The notes under the pieces were generated by a model. It had not been told where the DNA came from. It saw only the letters and a program-made list of their open reading frames with translations, and ran no database searches. The translations under genes and the position numbers were made by a program. This document shows, one piece after another, positions 27,246 through 42,029 of a stretch of 64,000 nucleotides of DNA. Source of the stretch: the human T2T-CHM13v2.0 reference genome, Homo sapiens; assembly GCF_009914755.1 (NCBI RefSeq), contig NC_060928.1. The stretch is one strand, 5' to 3'. Each line of letters begins with the position of its first letter. Position 1 is the stretch's first letter.

Positions 27246-28683
27246 CCTCTCAATGTAACTACCCATTTTCTACTGTCATTCATGACCCTGGATCATATCT
27301 TATAAATACTGATTCCTTATTTCAAGTACATCTCAAATGAGTACTAGTTTATCATTACTTATGCTGCTTCTTATACTTGCATCGTTAAAACAAAATAGCT
27401 GACATATATTTTGAAACCTTTGACAGCTGCTAATTTTGTGGCAAAGAACACACTATCTTCCTTACTCCATAATTGAAAAACATTTTAATTTATAGATTTA
27501 TAAACATAATTTAGAATGACTTAACTGATTAATAAATTCATTTTGACTATTTCCTGTTACTCTGTATATTCATCTGTCTTTAGCATTTGTCTGCTTACAA
27601 ACTCTATCAGGTGCATTTTGGCACTTGAACATTTTTTAAAATGAAATACTGCCCCAGTTTCTTTCAGCAAAATGGGATAATCCAGGTGTTTGTCACAAAA
27701 CACTAACGACGAAGTCCTTCCTGTTGACTGGCTATTTGGATGAGAATGACATAATTTATTTTTGTCCTTATAAACATGTAATTCACACATTAAATGCTGG
27801 GTTTGAGCAAATTCATTCACGATATTATTGTTTAAAGACACATCTTCTGGAATTTTACTTATATAAGATCAGTTTCACCATTTTTAGAGTTTGGACTCAG
27901 CGCTGCTATCTTTTTACATTTATGTTTTGATGCATGTAATTATAGTGAGGTGTCTTCTGATAATTTTCTTCTCTTTACCTTTAAGAGCAGAAAAGAATAA
28001 ATTGTGAACTTGATCTCTGTTCAATGAAAGCTGGAAAGCCAAATGCAAAAATGGTGCTTCTGGTCTTATTTTACAGTTTCTTGAAAGCTGATGCAATACT
28101 TTAGCCTATGTAATAAGAATACTTCAAAAGTTTGCATTAGTGACGATGTATTGCACTGTTGATTCAATTAGAGTGATTAGTGTATTTATCACCACCACAG
28201 GTATTCATTTCACTCTTTGAAGAGAGTACATCATTCTTCTGTTTTCTTATTATTTTAGTCTATTTTAATGCAGTGTGAATAATTCATGAGTAATGGTTGA
28301 ATAGCAACAGTATGGATTAATACTGATGATTAGCAGCTTACGTAGCAAATAAGGTGGAAAATTTTTTTAAAAAGTTTCAAGGTATAGAAAGATATCATTC
28401 AAATCCGATAATGTATCTTAGATTTACATAAGGTACAATGAAACGTTAGGGTAATTGTAAGTAGAATTAAATTTCATTCTATTAAAAATAAGTATTTTTT
28501 CTTTCAAAAAATCTCTAAGAAAGAATAAAATTCATGAAATATCTATTACTACATAAAGAACTGCTCAGAAAAGGAACAGAAAATTTTAAATTGGGCCTAA
28601 CGGAGCTTGTTGTTATCTGGAGGGTTTATGGAGATAGGATTTCAATTGATCTGCAGTTGCAGAATAAGATACAGAGGACACCA

Positions 28684-29050
<367 letters not shown>

Positions 29051-29609
29051 CTATAAATGATTATCTGAATTTAAGTCTAAATTCTAAATTTAGACTAATA
29101 GTCTTCAAACTTTTTTGTAAAGTTTGAGAAACTATGTAATCTCCACGAGCATTAAAATTGACATACATATTTTAAAATCATGCAGTGATGTAATGTTTAT
29201 ACTATAGTAAATATTAATATTTTCAAATAAAACTGTGTCATCATTTTTCAATTCTAGCCAATGGAATATAAATGATTTAGGGTTTTAGTTTCTACTCTAT
29301 CCTTTTAGAAACATAAGGAAAATTTCATCCTTGAAGCTGGGAAGTGTTACTTCTTCCTCTTTTCTCCTTTAATTGGTATTTCCCATCAATTTCCTCACAA
29401 AACTTTGTCTTAATGTTTTCTTTAAAGATCATTTGTTAATCATCCTTTTATACTTCTTTACAACTGTGTGTATATGTAATTAAATTTATTTTCATAGTAG
29501 TTACCATTGTCTCTATTATTTTATTCTTTCTAGAGTACATCTAAAAGAATTATTACTAATAGTTGATTAAAACATGATAAATATATTGCAGAATTTCTCT
29601 CATTTTTAA

Positions 29610-32600
29610 AATATTATTTATTTATTTTCTAATTGACACACTGTAATTTGATGATTTGATAAATATCTATGTTGTACAATGATTTAATTAGAATAGTTAG
29701 TGTATCAATCACCATATGCATTTATCATTTCTTTGTGGTGAGAACATTCAAAAGCCTCTCTTCTACACTATATTAATAGACATTGTTTTACTGTTAACCA
29801 TTGTCACCCTATTGTGCAAAGGAACACTAAAATTTATTCCTGTTACCTAATTGTAAATTCATACCCATTTACCAACATTTCCCTACCCCCCCAAATCTAC
29901 CCTCCCCTCCCATATCTTTGATAACCTCTGTTATACTCTCTGCTTCTATTATGTCAATTTTTTTTAAAGATTCCACATCTGAGTGAGATCATGCAGGATT
30001 TGTCTTTCTGTGTTTGGCTTGTTTCATTTAATATAATGACCCCTAGGTACATCCATGTTGTCACATGTGACAGGGTTCTATTACATTTTATGGCTGAATA
30101 GTATTCAATTATGTATATATATCACATTTTCTTTATTTATTCATTTATTGTTGAACACATAGTTTGATTCTATATCTTGGGTTTTGTAAATAGTGCTATG
30201 ATAAACGTGAGAGTTCAGGTATCTCTTTGACACGTTGATTTTTATTTTGTTTGAATATATCCCCAAAGCGGGATTGTTGGATCATATGGTACTTCTATTT
30301 TTAATTTTTTGAGGAACCTCCTTACTGTATTTTTATAATAGCTGCACTAGTTTACAATCTCACCAACAGTGATAAGCATCTGTTTTCTTTGCATCCTTGT
30401 CAATATTTGTTTTCATTTTTTGGGTAATACCCATTCTAAATTGAGTGAAGTTATATCTCATTCTGGTTTTGATTCACATTTCTCTGATCATTAGTGATAT
30501 TCAGCATTTTTTATACAACTATTGGTCATTAGTATATCTTCTTTTCTGAAATGTCTGTTAAGGTATTCTACCCATTTTTACATACCAGGCTTTATTTTTG
30601 CTGTTTAGTTGTTTAAATTTCTTACATGTTTAGGACATCGACCCTTTGTCAGATATATAGTTTGCAAATATTTTCTCCCATTCTGTATGCTGTCTCTTCA
30701 CAATCTTTCACAAATTTTCTTTGCCTTATGAAAGCTTTTGAGGTTGATGTAATCTCATTTATCCATTTTTGCTTTTGCTGCCTGTGCTTCTGAGGTCTTA
30801 TTTTAAAAATCCTTGCCCAGCCTAATGTCATGAAGCATTTTTCTTAAATTTTCTTCTAGTAGTTTCACAGATTTGTGTTTTACATTTAAGCCTTTGATCC
30901 ATTTTGAGTTTTATTTTTCTGTATATGGTAATAGGTAGAGTTCTAGTGTTGTTCTTCCTCATGTAGATATTCCATTTTTCCAGCACCATTTATTGAAGAC
31001 ACTCTGTTTTCTCCAAAGTGTGTTCTTGACACTTTTGTTCAAAATGAGTTTGCTGTAAATACGTGGATATTTTTCTGGGATCTTTGCTGTTCCATAGGTC
31101 TATGTGCCTGTTTTTATGCCAGTACCATGATGTTTTGGTTACTATAGCTTTGCAATATATTTTGAAGTCAGATAGTAATGCCTCCAGGCATCAGGATTGC
31201 TTTGAATATTTGGTGTCCTTTGTGGTTTCATATGTATTTTATGATTGCTTTTTCTATCTTTGTGAAGAATGTTATTGATATTTTGATAGATATAGCATTA
31301 AATCTATACATTGCTTTGCGTAGTGTGGCCATTTTAGCAGTTTTAATTTTTAATTCCGTGAACATGGGATATGTTTTCATATATTTGTGTCCTCTTCAAT
31401 TTCTTTCATTAAAGTTTTACAGTTTTCAGTGTAGAGATCTTTCACCTCCTTGGTCAGGTTTATTACTGGGTAACTGTTTTTGGTAACTATTGTAAACCAT
31501 TAGGGACAAGCTACCCCAGGAACCTCCCACCCCACACACTTCAATGCAGCTGATCCTTGCCCTGAATACTCTGCAGCTGCATTCCTGAACCCTCATCTAG
31601 GCACTACAGCAAGGTCACCAGACTTGCTTACAGCCCTCCACGTGGCATGGGGGAGGTCACAAGAAACTTAGATAAACCTAAGTTACGCCCTCTTGTAAAT
31701 TCCTATATTGTAAGCCGGTCACGAGATGATATGTGGTAAAGTTAACTGACAAGCAACCCCAGGGTCTCTCTCCCCCATGTAAAGCCCTCATTTTGTAAGC
31801 TCAGGGCTGCCTCCTCTGACTGGTGGAGCAGCCCAGCAGGTTAATAAACTCACTTGCCTGACCTTGGGTCTCTGTCTCTCGTCCTTTCTCTCCACTAACT
31901 TTATATAAATGACATTGTTTTAGTTCATGTTTAGCATGTAGAAACACTACTGATTTTTGTATGTTGACTTTGTATCCTGTAACTTTACTACATTTGTTTG
32001 TTCATTCTAATTGTTTTGTTTGTTTGTTTTGATGGGGTCTTTAGGGTTTCTCTATATAAGATCATGTCATGTGCAAACAGAGACAATTTCACTTCCTCTT
32101 TTACAGTTTGAATGCTATTTATTTCTCTCATTTGCCTAATTGCTCTGGCCACAACTTCCATTATTATGTTAAGAGTGGTGGTGAAAGGCATGTGCCTTAT
32201 CCGTAAGCAAAAGCTTTCAGCATATCTTCATGAAGTATTATATTATCTGTCAGTTTTGTTATATATGGCCTTTATTGTTCTGAGAAAGATACATGGTATG
32301 TTTAGTTTGCTGAGAATTTTTGTTATGAAGTGATGTTGAATTTTATCCAATTTTGTCCCCACATCTATTGAGATAATCATATGGTTTTTGTCTTTCTGTT
32401 AACGTGGTGTGTCACATTTATTGAGTGGAATATGTTAAAACATCGTTACATCCCTGGGATGAATACCACTTGATGATAGTGAATGATCTCTTTAATGTGC
32501 TCTTGGATTCAGTTTGCTAGTATTTCATTGAGAAATTTTTAATTTTTGTTCATCAGTAATATTGGTTTGTGGTTTTATATTTTTTGTTTTGTTTTGTCTT

Positions 32601-33740
32601 TGTTTGGTTTTGGACTCAGAATAATGATGGCTTTGTAAAATAAGTTTAGAAATATTCCCTCCTTTTTGGTTTTCTGGAATATTCTGAGGAAAATTTAAAG
32701 TTTATCTTTAAATGATTGGTAGAATTCGACAGTGAAGCCATCAAGTCCTGGGCTTTTCTTTGATGAAAGACTTTTTATTAACAACTCAACGTTTTCACTT
32801 CCTATTGGTCTGTTCAGATTTTCTATTTCTTCATAATTTAATCTTAGTAGGTTGTATGTGTCCAGAAATGTATCTGTTTCTTCTATATTATCAAATGTGT
32901 TGGTGTGTAGTTGTTTATAGTAGTCTCTTGTGATCCTTTGTATTTCTGTGGTATCAGATGTAATGTCTCTCCTTTCATCTCTGATCTGATTTCTTTGGCT
33001 CTTCTCTCTTTTTTTACTTAGTCTAGCTAAAGACTTGTTATTGTCTTTTCAAAAACAACTCTTTGTTTTGCTCTTTTTAATGTTTTTGTCTCTATTTCAT
33101 TTATTTCTTCTCTGTGCTTTATTATTTCCTTTCTTCTGCTAATTTTGGATTTATTTTTATTTTTCTAGTTCCCTGATACAAATCATTAGGTTGTTTATTA
33201 AAATTCTTTCTTCTTTTTTGACATGGGAATTTATTACCATTATATAAACTTTTTTCTTAAAACTGCTTTTCCTATGGCTTATGGATTTTGGTATGATGTG
33301 TTTTCATTCTCATTTATTTCTAGCATAGTTTTAATTTTTCTTTTAATTTCTCTTTTGACCCATTGTTGAAGAATATGTTGTTTAATGTCCATATATTTGT
33401 AATGTTTCCTGAGTTTTTCTTATTGTTGATTTCTAATTTTATAGTATTATGGTAAAAGATACTTGATATGATCTCTGTCTTCTTAAATTTGTTAAGGCTT
33501 GTTTTGTATCCTAATGTGATTTAGTCTAAAAAATGTTTCAGATGCAGTTGAGAAGAAGAATGTGTGTTCTGCAGCAATTGGAAGGATTATTCTGTAAATA
33601 TACACCAGGTCTATTTGGTCTACAGTCCAGTGTTTCTTTGTCAATATTATTCTCCAGATGGTCTGTCCAATGTGGAAAGTGGGGTGTTAATGCACCCTAC
33701 TATTATTGTATTGCAGTCTATCTCTCCTTTTAAGTCTGAA
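29610..33740 (-). mobile_element. L1MA (L1MA5/6-like) 3' UTR and decayed ORF2, interrupted by an LTR
   Basis: TTATCATTTCTTTGTGGTGAGAACATTCAAAA 3' end; minus-strand ORF2 remnants [20 protein letters not shown] (31988-32191). Confidence 0.92.
31498..31905 (+). mobile_element. ERVL solo LTR (LTR32/LTR18-like) nested in L1MA
   Basis: Interrupts L1 at CTATTGTAAA; 5-bp TSD TAAAC/TAAAT; GGAGCAGCCCAGCAGGTTAATAAACTCACTTGCCTG polyA region; subfamily uncertain. Confidence 0.75.
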
Positions 33741-34711
33741 TAGTATAAATACTTTTAAAATATTACCAAAACTTAATTGATTAAAACATATATTGCACAT
33801 TTTAAAACCATAAAAGTAGCATTAGTTTTTTTCTCATGTTGACTCTGTTAATGATATAAATGGATTTGGAATTTATTTTTACCTTGATTTAAATTGTAGT
33901 GATTATTTTTTGTTGGGCAAAGAGAGTTTGAATTTATGCACTTTCCAAATATGCCCTGGAAATAGCAGTTCCATTATCTGGGACATGAAAGAAAGAGTGA
34001 TCATTTGTATGCCGAGTCCTGAAATAGTTAGAGCTGTGCCTTCTAAGGTTGATTTAATAAATATAATAAAGTGTCTTATGTTACCTCCTTAATACCAATC
34101 ACCTTCTGTAGAGAAAATAATATTTATTTGTAGTTCAATTTATATTTATTATGTGGAGAACTACAATAAACCAAAGTTTATAACATGAATATTACATAGT
34201 ATATATATTAAGACATTGGCAGATCTACCTTAAATGTATACCATTATAATATTAATGGACTAAAATACATTTCCAAAAATATGGACAGTAGGCTATTAAC
34301 TTTATTGAAATATTCACAATTATTCATATTTTTGCTTCCATATCCACATTACAATTTTAATGGTATAATTATTTAATATGTTACTAATTTCCTTTGTAAA
34401 TGTAGATAAAGGAAATAAATTATTTTTATTAGAATTCAGGTTTTTAAAAGTTGATCAATTTGACAATCCTTATAATTTCCAGTGAGAAAGGAAATGGAAA
34501 AATCAGCTGCCAGCTATGTCTAAATGATTTTTAATAAGAATGTTTATTATTTTTTAAGGTACTAAGTATGCAAGGTATTCAGTTTGTTTTATTTGGACTC
34601 AATTTCTCTAAGGCATTAAGTTTTCATTTAAAATAAAGTCTGTTTGTTGTAATATTACATTTTAATTTAATTTTCTAAGTGACAATCTAAGGTAAATGTA
34701 TGCATGCCTAA

Positions 34712-35007
<296 letters not shown>

Positions 35008-35132
35008 GCATGCCTAAATTTCTACATCTTTCTTTACTTTCTTGAGTATATACACTGATGCTGAAATTTTAGAATTAAACTTTATTTTATCATTTTAAAT
35101 GTAATAGTCATTAAGCAAATGCCATAACTAAT

Positions 35133-35275
35133 TATGGTAAGCAGAATAAAGACTCTAATCCCTGGGACATTTAAGTATGATACCATGTGTGGCCAAAGGG
35201 ACTTTGCAGGTGTAATTATAGTTACAGACTTTGAGATTGAGAAATTACCCTAGATTATCCAGGTGAGCCTACAAT
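35133..35275 (+). mobile_element. MLT1D/E 5' fragment
   Basis: CTAATCCCTGG..GGCCAAAGGGACTTTGCAGGTGTAATTA..GATTATCCAGGTGAGCC. Confidence 0.7.
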
Positions 35276-35292
35276 GAATTAAACATAGCCTG

Positions 35293-35693
35293 TGCATTAG
35301 TTTTCTGAAGCTGCAGCAACAAAGTATCACAAACTTTGTGACATAAACAATGGAAATTTATTGTCTAGTAGAGTTGGCTCCTTCTAAGAGCTGTGAGGGA
35401 AAATCGGTGCCATATCTCTCTCCTGGCTTCTGGTAGCCTCAGGCATTTCTTTATTTGTAGATTGTGTTCCCTCTGTGTTTTCACATTATCTTCCCTCACA
35501 TGTCTGTCTCTGTGTCCAAATTTTCTCTTTTCCTAAGCACACCAGTTATATTAGATTAGGGTCTACACTAATGACTCCATTTTAACTAGATTACCTTTAT
35601 AAAGACCTTATCTCCAAATTAGTTCACATTCTCAGATATGGGGGTTAAAAATCCAACATACCGGTTTTTTGGTGACCCAGGTCAATCCGTAAG
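35293..35693 (-). mobile_element. MLT1C-like LTR
   Basis: GCTGCAGCAACAAAGTATCACAAACT..CACCAGTTATATTAGATTAGGG..AAAGACCTTATCTCCAAAT. Confidence 0.8.
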
Positions 35694-36724
35694 AGCCTGG
35701 GTTACATAATTTTATTACTACAATTCCTAAAATAGGAGATAAATCTGTTTTCAGCAAGTGCGTCGTGTCTCATACTGTTCTATGTGTAGACCCCAGATGG
35801 TCAAAATCTGTGCTCTGTGAATGCTGTGGAGAGACGAGAGCAGAAAAAAATGGCAAAAGATGAAAATTTCTTCCAGAAATGCCAGAAAACCAAACTCATT
35901 GTTCAAGAATTGGCACATGAGCCTGCTCATTACCTCTGATTCAAGAAACAGCCTGTGGTCATAGCACCGTTGCCAATGTCCTGTGGGCTGAGCTATAAAT
36001 GTGGTAAAGAGTGAGGATGACTGACTTTTAATCACAAGAGTAAAAAAGTTATGGTGGCAGGTTTAAAAAAATACATAATGGCACCAAAACTGACTCTTCT
36101 AATAGAGGAATATCCAAGTTGTTATTTTTAAAAATCTTTATTTGCTTGAATATAACATGCAGTCTTTTAATCAGGGAAATAACTATTTACATTTTCATTG
36201 TGAAATTTAAATAAAAAATGCTATACAACAATAACCTGATAGAGAACAGTTATTTTTATTAAATGTTCAGGTAAAATCTAGATATTTCTTTTTGATATTA
36301 CATATTATAGGACTGATTTAGTATATTTCTTTTGTTATTATTGTTGTTATTTTAAAATTAAATGGAGATAATTTTGTTTCTATGGTAAAACTGAACTGCT
36401 TCAAGTTTACACTCAGAAATCTCAAGCACTCATGTCAACTCTAATTTAACTATGGCAATTTAAAAAATCTTTTGAATCATCAACAGAATAACAATGACAC
36501 CAGTGAAAGTGAAATAAATACATGCTATTATATGTAGTCATATTAAGTAGTTCATTTCATTAAACAATGAATTCCAAAATTGATATTTAAAAATTTTTAA
36601 AATTCAATTTATTGATGTATATATTTGTTTTTATGACAAAAATTCATTCTTAAATTTGAACTTTTTAAAAGAAATATGTCAGATATAACTATAATTGCAT
36701 TTAAATTTGGTCAATTGTGTGTTG

Positions 36725-37150
36725 TGTCAGTTGATTTCTATAGAAAGAAGATGGCGAGATAGCCATGCAAACAGTTTATTGGGGAAATACAAGTGGGAGC
36801 TAAATTCAATGGCAACATTCTTCAGAATATGATACAAAACAGAGAACTGTAAAAGAAAATGAGGAAAGAAGCAGGACTGCACAAGGAGAATCTCCATCCA
36901 TTATGCATATTGGATAGTGCTGGCCAACCCAACTGGGAGGTCAAAAGCCAAGACTTCCCATGAAAGAAGACCTATATTGGCCAGCAATGGACAAACTCTT
37001 GTACCTACACTATAATCAATCATTGGGTGGGTTTCAAAGTTGAGATGAATCCTGAAGCTCTTTGCATAGAGATTGTCAGCTGATAGCCCTCCTTGAAGCT
37101 AAATGAGTCCTTTTTTGAAGGAAGACTGCATAGTCCATGCATCATGCCAC
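36725..37150 (-). mobile_element. LTR33-like ERVL solo LTR
   Basis: GAAAGAAGCAGGACTG..GGCCAACCCAACTGGGAG..CAATCATTGG..TGTCAGCTGATAGC. Confidence 0.6.
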
Positions 37151-37319
37151 CCGCCCACTTATCTACATGTTTGACATGTTGCTTTTGCATGATTCAGATA
37201 TATGCCAAATAAACATATTTCCTTTTATTCAATCTTATGCTTTAGGCCCTTAGTCAAACACATTCACAATACAATCTTACAAGTATAACCAACTCCTATT
37301 AATACCAGCTGGTTAATAC

Positions 37320-40300
37320 ATTTTATTGTTATTGTTGTGTACAACTTTATTGAGTTATGTTTAATTCACCATACAAGCACCTTTTTGAAACGTATAGTCA
37401 AGTGGTTTTTGGTATATTCACAGGTTTGTGCAATCATTACCAAAATCTATTCATTTTCAATTTCCTTAAGAGTTCCTACCCATTGGCTGCCATTCCCCAC
37501 TCTCTTGACACCCACCCCTACAGAACCACCAATATGCTTTCTCTTTCTGTGAACTTGCCAATTCTAAACATTTCACGTAAATTTAATCATATAATACACA
37601 ACCTTTGCGTCAGACTTCTTTCTCTGGCATAATGTTTACAAGGCTTATCTGTGTTACAACATGTATCTCTATTTCATTTTTTTTTGTATTGTAGGATAAT
37701 ACTTTATTGTATTGGTATACCTAATTTTATTATCCATTCATTGGTTGATGAATATTTACGTTGTTCCACTTTGGAACTATTATGAATAAAACTGTTATAA
37801 ACAGTCATGTACATTTTTTTTTGTGTGTGGACATACGTTTTCATTTCTCTTGGGTATAAATAGCTGCATGTTTATTATTTTGAGGAACTGCCATGCTGTT
37901 TTGCAAAGTGGCCACACCATTTTATGTTCCTACTAGCAATGTATAAGGGTGTCGAAATTTTCCACTAACTCATCTCACATTTTAAAAATTTTATTTTAGC
38001 TATCCTAGTGAATTTAACGGGATATCACATTATGATTTGGATTAGCGTTCCAGTATTGAAAATGACGTTTAGCATCGTTTCATGCATTTGTTGGCTATTA
38101 GTATAACTGTTTTTTGGGAAATATTTGTCATGATAATTTGCCCACTGTTTAACTGCATCATTTATCTTTTTCTTGTTGAATTGTAAAGTTTCTTGTATAT
38201 TCTAGATACTAGAGACTTAGATGTATGAGCTGCAAAATATGTTAACCTTATTATGTTTCCACTTTGTCTTGATTTTTATAGCTCTATAAGTTTGAAATTA
38301 GGAAGTGAGTCCCCCAACTTTTTTTTTTTTAAATTATTTTGGTTATTTTTATGTGAAATTTTCTGTCAACTTACTGATTTCTGAACAAAAAACAGTTGGC
38401 ATTTTGACAAATGTTAAGTCTTCAAATTCATAAATATTACCATAGAGAGTCATTTACTGGATTTGGATAGTCTGTAATTTTTTCAACAATGTTTTTGGTT
38501 TTCTGTGCACAAGTTTTGCACATCTTTTTAAATAAATTTTATTATAAATAGAATTGTTTCTTTAAATGTTTCATTTCCATTGTTAATTGCTAGTAAATAT
38601 TTATAAAACTGATTTTTGTATGTTGCTTTTTCCACTCATGTGGATGAACTGTATCATTAGTTCTAATAGTTTTTTTTTCTTTTTCTATTAGGAATCCTAA
38701 TAGTGGATTCCTTAGATTTTTCTGTATACAAGGTCATGCCATGTTCAAACAGATATAGTTTTCCTTTTTTTTTTCATTTTGAATGTTTTTTATTTCTTAC
38801 TTCCAGTATAATGCTAAATAGAAATGTCTTCCCCTCAACTTGGAGGAAAATATATCTTTCATCCTTAAGTATCATGTTAGCTGAGGCTCTTAAACAAATA
38901 GATGGCTTTTATCAGGTTGAAGATGTTTCTTTTCATGTCTAGGTTGTTGAATATTTTTATAATTAAAGGGTGTTGGATATCATCAAATGCTTTTCCTGCG
39001 TCTACTGAGATGGTTATGTCATATTTGTCCTTTATATTTTTAATATAGTATATTACATTAACATATTTTTAATAGTAAACCAACCTTGCACTTCTGATAT
39101 AAAGATTATATATTGACCTGAAATTTTCTTCTTTCTTAATGTACTAGAGATACTTACAGTTATAAGTTGCCCTCTGAGTACTGTTTTTGCATCCCATAAG
39201 TTTTGGTTTGTTGTGTTTTTATTTTATATTCTAATTTTCCTTTTCATTTCTTCTATAATATATTTGTTATTTAAAGGTATGTGATTTAATTTGTATATAT
39301 TTATAAATTTCCAAAATTTTATTCTGTTTTTGATACCCAAATTAGATTCATTGCAGTCAGAGACCAGATACTTTTTTTTGTATGATTGTAATTCATTTAA
39401 ATTTATGATAGCTGGTTGTGTAGCCTCACACGTTGTTTATTTTTGGTAATGTGCCTGGTGGGTATCTGCTGTTGATGGGGGTAGTGTTCTATAGATGTCT
39501 ATTAATTCCAGTTTGTTTATAGTGTTGTTCAAATTTTCTATATTCTTGTTTATTCTCTGCCCATTTGTGCTACCTATTATTAAAAGTCTCCTACTATTAT
39601 TGCTGACTTGTCTATTTCTACCTTCAAGTCTGTCAGTTTTTAAAAAAAATTATATTGGTACTCTTTTGTTTGGTGTATATGTATGTATACTGTTATATGC
39701 CTGATATGGTTTGGCTGTGTCCCTATCCAAATCTCATCTTGAATTGTAGCTCCTACAATTCCCATATGTAGTGGGAGGGACCTGGTGAGGGATAATTGAA
39801 TCATGGGGTTGGGTCTTTCCTGTGCTGTTTTCATGATAGTGAATAAGTCTCACAAGATCCAGTGGTTTTATAAGAGGGAGTTTCCCTGCACAAGCTTTCT
39901 CTTTGCCTGCTGCCATCCATGTAACATGTGACTTGGTCATCCTTGCCTTCTGCCATGAATGTGAGGCCTACCCAGTCAGGTTGAACTATCAGTCCATTAA
40001 ACCTCTTTCTTCAGTAAATTTTCCAGTCTCATGTATATCTTTCTCAGCAGCATAAAAACTAAGTAATACAATCACCTTGAAAGATTGGCACCCTTTTTCT
40101 TATGCAATGTACTTTGTCTCTAGTGACCAATTTTTTTCTGAAAGTCTATTTCTTATGAATTAGTATAGTCACTTCAGCTCTCTTGGGTAGCTTCTTGTGT
40201 AATATATCTTTTTCTATTACTTTACTCGTCAACTGTTTTTCCACTTTGGGACTTTTGCTGTTTACTGTGTAAATGTATATAGTTGTATATGTTTTTTATA

Positions 40301-40500
40301 CATTCTGACAATTTTTGCCTTTTGAGTTAGACATTTAATCCATTTACAGTTAGTCTTATTACTGCTAAATTAGTATTTATGTCTGCTGTTTTGTTCTTTG
40401 TATTGTGTGCCTTGTATGTATTTTAACCTGTATTCAAAGATCTCTGCCTTCTTTTGTGTTAAATTGATATTTTCTAGTGTATTTTAAAATTCCCTTGTGT
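37320..40500 (-). mobile_element. L1MB (L1MB7/8-like) fragmented element, interrupted by THE1B
   Basis: ACTTTATTGAG..GTGGTTTTTGGTATATTCACAGGTTTGTGCAATCATTACC 3' end; multiple ORF2 remnants. Confidence 0.8.
39702..40070 (+). mobile_element. THE1B solo LTR
   Basis: TGATATGGTTTGGCTGTGTCCC..GGGAGTTTCCCTGCACAAGC..CCATCCATGTAA..TAATACA. Confidence 0.93.
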
Positions 40501-42029
40501 TTGAAAATATTACTATATTTTATTGATTAATGCTTGCAACTACCCTAATATATAGTCCCTTGCTTCTTTTTCCAGGCCCATTGCATTATCAGCTCAGTTA
40601 TTGATTTGGGCCTGCCCATGATGAACATGTATTTTACTTGAGAGCTAAAGTAAATCCTGAAAGTACTACAGGTCTATGTGTTGGCTACTGCAGGACTTTT
40701 TGTTTTTTACAGCTAATTAGCAATTTCTTGATAGAAGATTTGAGTATCTGAGTATTTCACCTTTAAGATGCCATAGACATCATGTGAGCTTTTCTGTTTT
40801 AATTTTAACTATCTTACTATGCATTAATTTGTTTTCATTGTCCAGGTTTTCATGATTATGTCAAGGCACAGGGACATAAATTTTCTATACTTTTATCCAA
40901 TAGCTCAAGTTGGTTTAGACACACCTAAAAAAATATTAAATGCTTAAACTTAGTGTAAAACTCAATGATTCATGTTTCATGATGAACTAGAGGTAAAGTA
41001 CTATATTGTTCTTATCCTATATTGTATTACAGGTTTATATATTATCCTATATTGCATTTAAGTTTTCTGATTGAAGTTGGAATTAGAACTTGTATATCTC
41101 TGTAGTTTGGACATGAAACCCAATAATTGATCTATAGTAGTATTAATATAGGTATGTTTAATATAGGTGTGCTACTCCCTTTGTTACTTAAAGCCCTTTT
41201 TATCCTTGAACTTTGACACCCTCCTCTGTGTTCTAACAGTCTGTATCAGGCAACCTCATTTTAAAGAAATTCTCTTCACCCTACTTGGACTCTGACATCC
41301 ATACTGGCTTCCTTCCCACCTAGACTCAACTCAAGCTCTGTCACTGTTGGGGGGTCATCCCTACCCTATATAAAAACCCTATTTAGCCTCCCCTCAGGTT
41401 GTGGTATTTTGTGCCCAGCTGCTCTTCTGCTCAACTCTGACATCTGAGTCACCACACATTCTTCCTAAATGGCAGCATTTCTCACCCTGCTTGGGCTCCA
41501 ACACCTGGCTCTGGGCTATCCTGCCTTTTTTTTCTCCATCAACCCAGGTGTGGACATCTAACTTTCTTGGCACCATTTAATAGCTAATTAAGTGTCAATT
41601 CTTAGAAAATGTCCTCTTCTTCCCTGCCTCTGTCTTCTTTGTCTCTCTTTGCAGTGGATATTTTTAAAAAGAGTAAAATCATTGAATTTTACAAGTGGAG
41701 TTGGTGAACCCAGACTTAAAATATCACTTACTTCTAAAGTCAAAGTGTTGGCATCTATATTAATGGTGAATAAAAGCATTATATGACACCCTAGGATTAC
41801 TGAATGCCTTACATTATATAATAGGCTCAAATTATCTCATCCAGGCTTGAAAGAGATATATGTTTTATCAATTATTATTAGGCAGATAAACCCCTTGAGA
41901 ATATTCCCAGAAAAGGGTTGTACAGTGTTAAAAAAATGCTAGTGGTATAAAATTTACTACTATAGAATTTACTTATAGGGTCTAATTTTATGTTCTATAA
42001 CCAAAACTAAAGGAAAAACATTTATGACA

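Noticed and set aside
29074-29096. 10-bp hairpin AGTCTAAATT-CTA-AATTTAGACT
   Set aside because: Short and AT-rich; plausible by chance or trivial slippage in 64 kb
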